Shown here piece after piece: positions 34,395 to 38,928 of a stretch of 38,928 nucleotides of DNA. How positions within the stretch are numbered: position 1 is the first letter of the stretch; every line of letters begins with the position of its first letter. Position numbers and translations under genes: made by a program. The notes under the pieces were generated by a model. The model was given only the letters and a program-made list of their open reading frames with translations, searched no databases and had not been told where the DNA came from. Source of the stretch: Octopus bimaculoides (lineage: Eukaryota); contig NC_069002.1 in NCBI RefSeq assembly GCF_001194135.2, positions 10,256,537 through 10,295,464 of the forward strand, in the 5' to 3' direction.

Positions 34395-34640
34395 CTTTAA
34401 TATAAAGACACCTTTCGGTCATGAATGACCACGGGATTGCACCAAGAAAGTTACCTTCCGAGGAACTACTCTGGGGAAGATTACTTTTATGGAAGGCCAA
34501 CAATTGCCCATGCATACCAGACTCTCCTCTCCACACCATTATATGTACGTAAGGTAAAGAGTTAAGACCACTTTTGGTCATGAGTGACCATAGGATTGCG
34601 CCTAGAAAGTTCCCCTCCGAGTCACAAGTCCGTATATGAT
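34395..34640 (-). mobile_element. Two tandem 3' tail fragments of another SINE/LINE family with a GGTCA-tgaN-TGACC stem-loop
   Basis: ggtcatgaatgaccacgggattgcaccaagaaagttaccttccgag (about 34417) and ggtcatgagtgaccataggattgcgcctagaaagttcccctccgag (about 34577); offset about 160 bp. Strand inferred from recalled family structure. Confidence 0.7.
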
Positions 34641-35038
34641 TGCTACAACCACGCGCCAAGCACACACACACACACACACACACACGGTTGTATATATGAT
34701 TTCATGCGGATGTTTCTAACCCAAGAAAAAATTGTTACAAAATATAAATAATTACAAATGAAAAACAACTGGACTATCTTGGGTGTGTGTAAGGTGGGAG
34801 AAAACCTGATCTATACAATTGTCATCTCTCTAATATCACTGATGTTAACAGAAACGATATGTTGATCCAGTTTTGTGGAACTTTCAAAGTTAAAAGTCCT
34901 GTATTTCCGGTCCAGTCTTTCTAACTTACGAGAGTGTTAAACGTAGTGTAATGGCGGCGGGAGAGGCAATGTATATATATATTTATATATACATATGTTT
35001 GTATATATATATACGCATGTATATATATGTATATATGC

Positions 35039-35097
<59 letters not shown>

Positions 35098-36063
35098 NNN
35101 NNNNNNNNNNNNNNNNNNNNNNNNNNNNNNNNNNNNNNNNNNNNNNNNNNNNNNNNNNNNNNNNNNNNNNNNNNNNNNNNNNNNNNNNNNNNNNNNNNNN
35201 NNNNNNNNNNNNNNNNNNNNNNNNNNNNNNNNNNNNNNNNNNNNNNNNNNNNNNNNNNNNNNNNNNNNNNNNNNNNNNNNNNNNNNNNNNNNNNNNNNNN
35301 NNNNNNNNNNNNNNNNNNNNNNNNNNNNNNNNNNNNNNNNNNNNNNNNNNNNNNNNNNNNNNNNNNNNNNNNNNNNNNNNNNNNNNNNNNNNNNNNNNNN
35401 NNNNNNNNNNNNNNNNNNNNNNNNNNNNNNNNNNNNNNNNNNNNNNNNNNNNNNNNNNNNNNNNNNNNNNNNNNNNNNNNNNNNNNNNNNNNNNNNNNNN
35501 NNNNNNNNNNNNNNNNNNNNNNNNNNNNNNNNNNNNNNNNNNNNNNNNNNNNNNNNNNNNNNNNNNNNNNNNNNNNNNNNNNNNNNNNNNNNNNNNNNNN
35601 NNNNNNNNNNNNNNNNNNNNNNNNNNNNNNNNNNNNNNNNNNNNNNNNNNNNNNNNNNNNNNNNNNNNNNNNNNNNNNNNNNNNNNNNNNNNNNNNNNNN
35701 NNNNNNNNNNNNNNNNNNNNNNNNNNNNNNNNNNNNNNNNNNNNNNNNNNNNNNNNNNNNNNNNNNNNNNNNNNNNNNNNNNNNNNNNNNNNNNNNNNNN
35801 NNNNNNNNNNNNNNNNNNNNNNNNNNNNNNNNNNNNNNNNNNNNNNNNNNNNNNNNNNNNNNNNNNNNNNNNNNNNNNNNNNNNNNNNNNNNNNNNNNNN
35901 NNNNNNNNNNNNNNNNNNNNNNNNNNNNNNNNNNNNNNNNNNNNNNNNNNNNNNNNNNNNNNNNNNNNNNNNNNNNNNNNNNNNNNNNNNNNNNNNNNNN
36001 NNNNNNNNNNNNNNNNNNNNNNNNNNNNNNNNNNNNNNNNNNNNNNNNNNNNNNNNNNNNNNN

Positions 36064-36700
36064 CGGCACCACCACAACCAACCCAAACACTACCACTATC
36101 AACACCACCACCACTACCACCACCACCACCACCACTACCACCACCACCACCACCACCGATAACAACAACAACATTATCGTCACCGCTACCACCAACGTTA
36201 CTAACACCACTCTCGCATCTACCATTCGGACCACCACCTGCACCACCAGCACCACCACTACCGGCATCATCAGCATCGTCATGGATACCACCATCGTCAT
36301 CATTACCCACAGCACCACCCACTACAATCATCGTCATCGTCATCACCACCACCAACAACAACATCATCATCATCATCATCGTCATCATCATCATCGTCAT
36401 CATCGTCATCATCATCATCATCATCATCACCTTCACCATCACCAACACCCACCGCCAACATCGTCATCATCATCACCACCGTCACTGCCACCAACAACAA
36501 CATCATCATCACCACCACCATCATCATCATCACCAATAACAACGTCACCATCAACATTATCACCGACAACGACAACACCACTATCACCAACACCACCTCC
36601 ACCACCATCATCACCATCAGCCTATGACCATCCTCATTAAACGACCATCATCAGCATCAACATTATCATCACCACTGCCAACATTATCAATATAATGTAC
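36064..36700. repeat. Compound trinucleotide tract (CAC/CAT/CAA)n, about 640 bp
   Basis: Direct. Confidence 0.98.
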
Positions 36701-36739
36701 AACATACATTTTTTTCTGAAACCTTTGTTTCCAAAATCT

Positions 36740-36903
36740 ATCCGTCGGCCATGCTGGAGCACTGCCTTAAAGGGTTTTAGTTGAAGAAATTGACCCCAGG
36801 ACTTCTACTTTGTAAGCCTAGTATTTATTCAATCAGTCGCTTTTGCCGAATCATTACGTTACGGAGACATAAACACACCAGTATTGGTTGTCAAGCGATG
36901 GGG
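36740..36903 (-). mobile_element. SINE 3' half (same family as 17150-17302), runs into the gap
   Basis: ggccatgctggagcactgcctt...gaccccaggactt...aagcctagtatttattc...ggttgtcaagcgatgggg. Confidence 0.88.
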
Positions 36904-36990
36904 NNNNNNNNNNNNNNNNNNNNNNNNNNNNNNNNNNNNNNNNNNNNNNNNNNNNNNNNNNNNNNNNNNNNNNNNNNNNNNNNNNNNNNN

Positions 36991-37680
36991 TGCGGTTTTT
37001 TATACTTCTTTTATTTTTCAGAATTAAGATAAACAAAATTCCTTTTTAATCTAAAATATTCTCTCCCACATTTTCTACAATGCTCTTCCATCTATCTGAT
37101 AGACTTGCAAGGCCCCTCTTCCAAAGTCCACTTGTCCGTCACGAAAATTACTCCTCCAGTTCAGTTCTGACCTCGTCTACAGAATTCGTATTTTTTCCGT
37201 CTAAATGGTTTTGAAGACTACGGAATAAATGATAATCAGATAGGGCAATGTCCAGCGAATATGGTGGGTGAGGCATCGTTTCCTATTAAAATTGCTCCAG
37301 CCTTTGGAAGGTCATCTCCGCTGTATGTGGCCTAGCATTAACCAAAGATGGTTGTTTTTCTTCTAGCACTGACTTAAGTCACTCAAGCTGCTCGCAGTAG
37401 ATCTCAGATCTCCTTTATTATTGTTTCGTTTGGGTTTAAAAGTTCAAAATGGACTAAACCTTTCATATCCCACCAAATAGATAATAACAACTTACGTGGG
37501 CGAAGTCCTTCTTTAGCCTGGGGTGCCGGTGTTTCTCCTTTCCCTACCCACTGTCTTCGGCGCTTGACATTTTTATAGAGAACCCATTTCTCGCCACCAG
37601 TTACTATTTGGTCCAAGAAGGGTTCATTCGTGAGATGTGACAACATTCGCACTCTGCGCGTACACTCTGCAAGAACCTTT
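36991..37680 (-). mobile_element. mariner (DD34D-type) transposon A: catalytic-domain pseudogene to the native stop; right end enters the gap
   Basis: NEPFLDQIVTGGEKWVLY...WWDMKGLVHFELL...[7-bp duplication 37399-37412, frameshift]...YCEQLE*LKSVLEEKQPSLV|NARPHTA...HPPYSLDIALSDYHLFRSLQNHL...RW...V..N...D* (stop 37046-37048). First Asp is D>G; the HDNA Asp is deleted. Confidence 0.93.
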
Positions 37681-37682
37681 CC

Positions 37683-37740
37683 AAAGACAAGGTAGTCACG
37701 ACTGGAATAACTTTAGTACGAGGCCAACACAGAGGCTTGA
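37683..37740 (+). mobile_element. LINE-tail-like repeat fragment between the two mariners
   Basis: The reverse complement ttattccagtcgtgactaccttgtcttt resembles the attccagc.atg(a/g)ccatccc...tcttt motif of the other copies. Confidence 0.4.
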
Positions 37741-37744
37741 CAAC

Positions 37745-38430
37745 AGACTGTTGGGCAGAGACCGAAAAGGATGATAATCTGGCACCCCGTCGGTTGTGAC
37801 GATGAGTGTCCCAGTTACCCGATCAACGGAACAGCCTGAGCGTGAAATTAACGTGCAAGTGACTGAGTACGCCACAGACATGCGCACCTTTAACATAGTT
37901 CTCAAGGAAATTCAGCATGACACAGAATGTGACAAGGGTAGCTCTACTCATTTTTGCCAGCTGAGTGGACTGCAGCAACGTGAAATAAAGTGTCTTGCTC
38001 AAGGACAAAACGCGTGGCCAGGGATCGAACTCAAGACCATGAGCCGAATATCGTAACCACTAAGCCAAGCGCCTCCAGTAATAATCTAAAGACACTATGT
38101 CAGAAGAATACGGTGGGTGCTGTAGAATTTCCCAATCGCGGTCTTGAATAACATGTCTGGTCAAAGTAGCGACGTGGGAGCGAGTGTTGGGTTGAAGAAA
38201 CATACTGTGTAACTGTGTGGCGTTTTTGGACCTTACCCATCTTGTGAATATCAAGGGCCAGGGTGTCAGGAGAAGGTCCTAGCTTATGCAAATTTCAGAA
38301 GCGATAAACAAAAATTGTAGACGAAGAACAGAGCTAAAGAAAAAGAACTTCAATCACTAGAGTGAAAACATTTTTCATGTGAATTCAAAGAACATTGGAA
38401 AGAAACAAACGAATTTATCTGACAATCCAA
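37745..38430 (-). mobile_element. mariner transposon B, internally deleted, interrupted by a SINE
   Basis: TIR-like 5' end ttggattgtcagataaattcg (from 38430). FLQPNTRSHVATLTRHVIQDRDWEILQHPPYSSDIVSLDY (about 38200-38080) resumes after the SINE as DYHPFRSLPNSL (37779-37745). Confidence 0.85.
37781..38076 (-). mobile_element. tRNA-derived SINE (same family as 9106-9426) inserted in mariner B; TSD ataatct (9 bp with one mismatch)
   Basis: A box tggcttagtggtta, B box gagttcgatccc. TSD 37772-37780 tgataatct vs 38079-38087 taataatct. Confidence 0.93.
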
Positions 38431-38442
38431 ACACACATACAC

Positions 38443-38468
38443 AGAGAGAGAGAGAGAGAGAGAGATAA

Positions 38469-38545
<77 letters not shown>

Positions 38546-38555
38546 TGGATAGATG

Positions 38556-38596
<41 letters not shown>

Positions 38597-38600
38597 GTCT
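38443..38600. repeat. (AG)n/(ATAG)n compound microsatellite
   Basis: Direct. Confidence 0.97.
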
Positions 38601-38928
38601 GTAAATAGATGTATCGTTATATAACTATGTGTATACATGTATATATGTGTTTGTATGTCTGTGTATGAGTCTGTGTGTATGTGTGTGTGTCTGTGTGTGT
38701 GTATGTGTGTGTGTAGACATTTAATTCTGATACACAAACTTCACAATGTTTTGCAGCTAGTGTTAGCTTCAAAATAAAGAAAAAAAAACATTAAAACCCA
38801 TACATCCTGGAGCTCATATTGAGTACATTTCATCTAATTTGAAAATACTAGCGTTTACACACACACACACACATACACACTTAATATATATATTGATATA
38901 TAAATAAATATATATATATTTATATATA

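Overview
AT-rich eukaryotic (animal) genomic DNA from a draft assembly with 21 N-gaps totalling about 7.8 kb (about 20%), almost all flanked by microsatellites. The repeat landscape looks like an octopod cephalopod genome; this is inferred from remembered repeat families and was not database-checked. It comprises dense (TA/CA/CT/ATAG/GAT)n tracts, several tRNA-derived SINE families, RTE, R4/Dong and Penelope-like retroelement relics, and Tc1/mariner relics. No intact host protein-coding gene, rRNA, true tRNA or CRISPR array is supportable, so the window is probably intronic or intergenic. Nearly all ORF-track entries are microsatellite or N-gap artefacts. The real coding signal is decayed transposon ORFs: two different Penelope-like elements, an R4/Dong REL endonuclease, an RTE C-terminus, and three Tc1/mariner transposases, one split by a SINE with a target-site duplication. 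The most notable structures are (i) a two-copy ~110-bp repeat with a minimal type-I hammerhead-ribozyme fold and a variant core, (ii) a 70-bp-arm near-perfect hairpin whose substitutions are mostly G.U-compatible on the + strand, (iii) a Foldback-like element built from 15-16-bp units, (iv) two diverged ~95-bp tandem arrays in unique DNA, and (v) modular SINEs with different heads sharing one 3' stem-loop tail.
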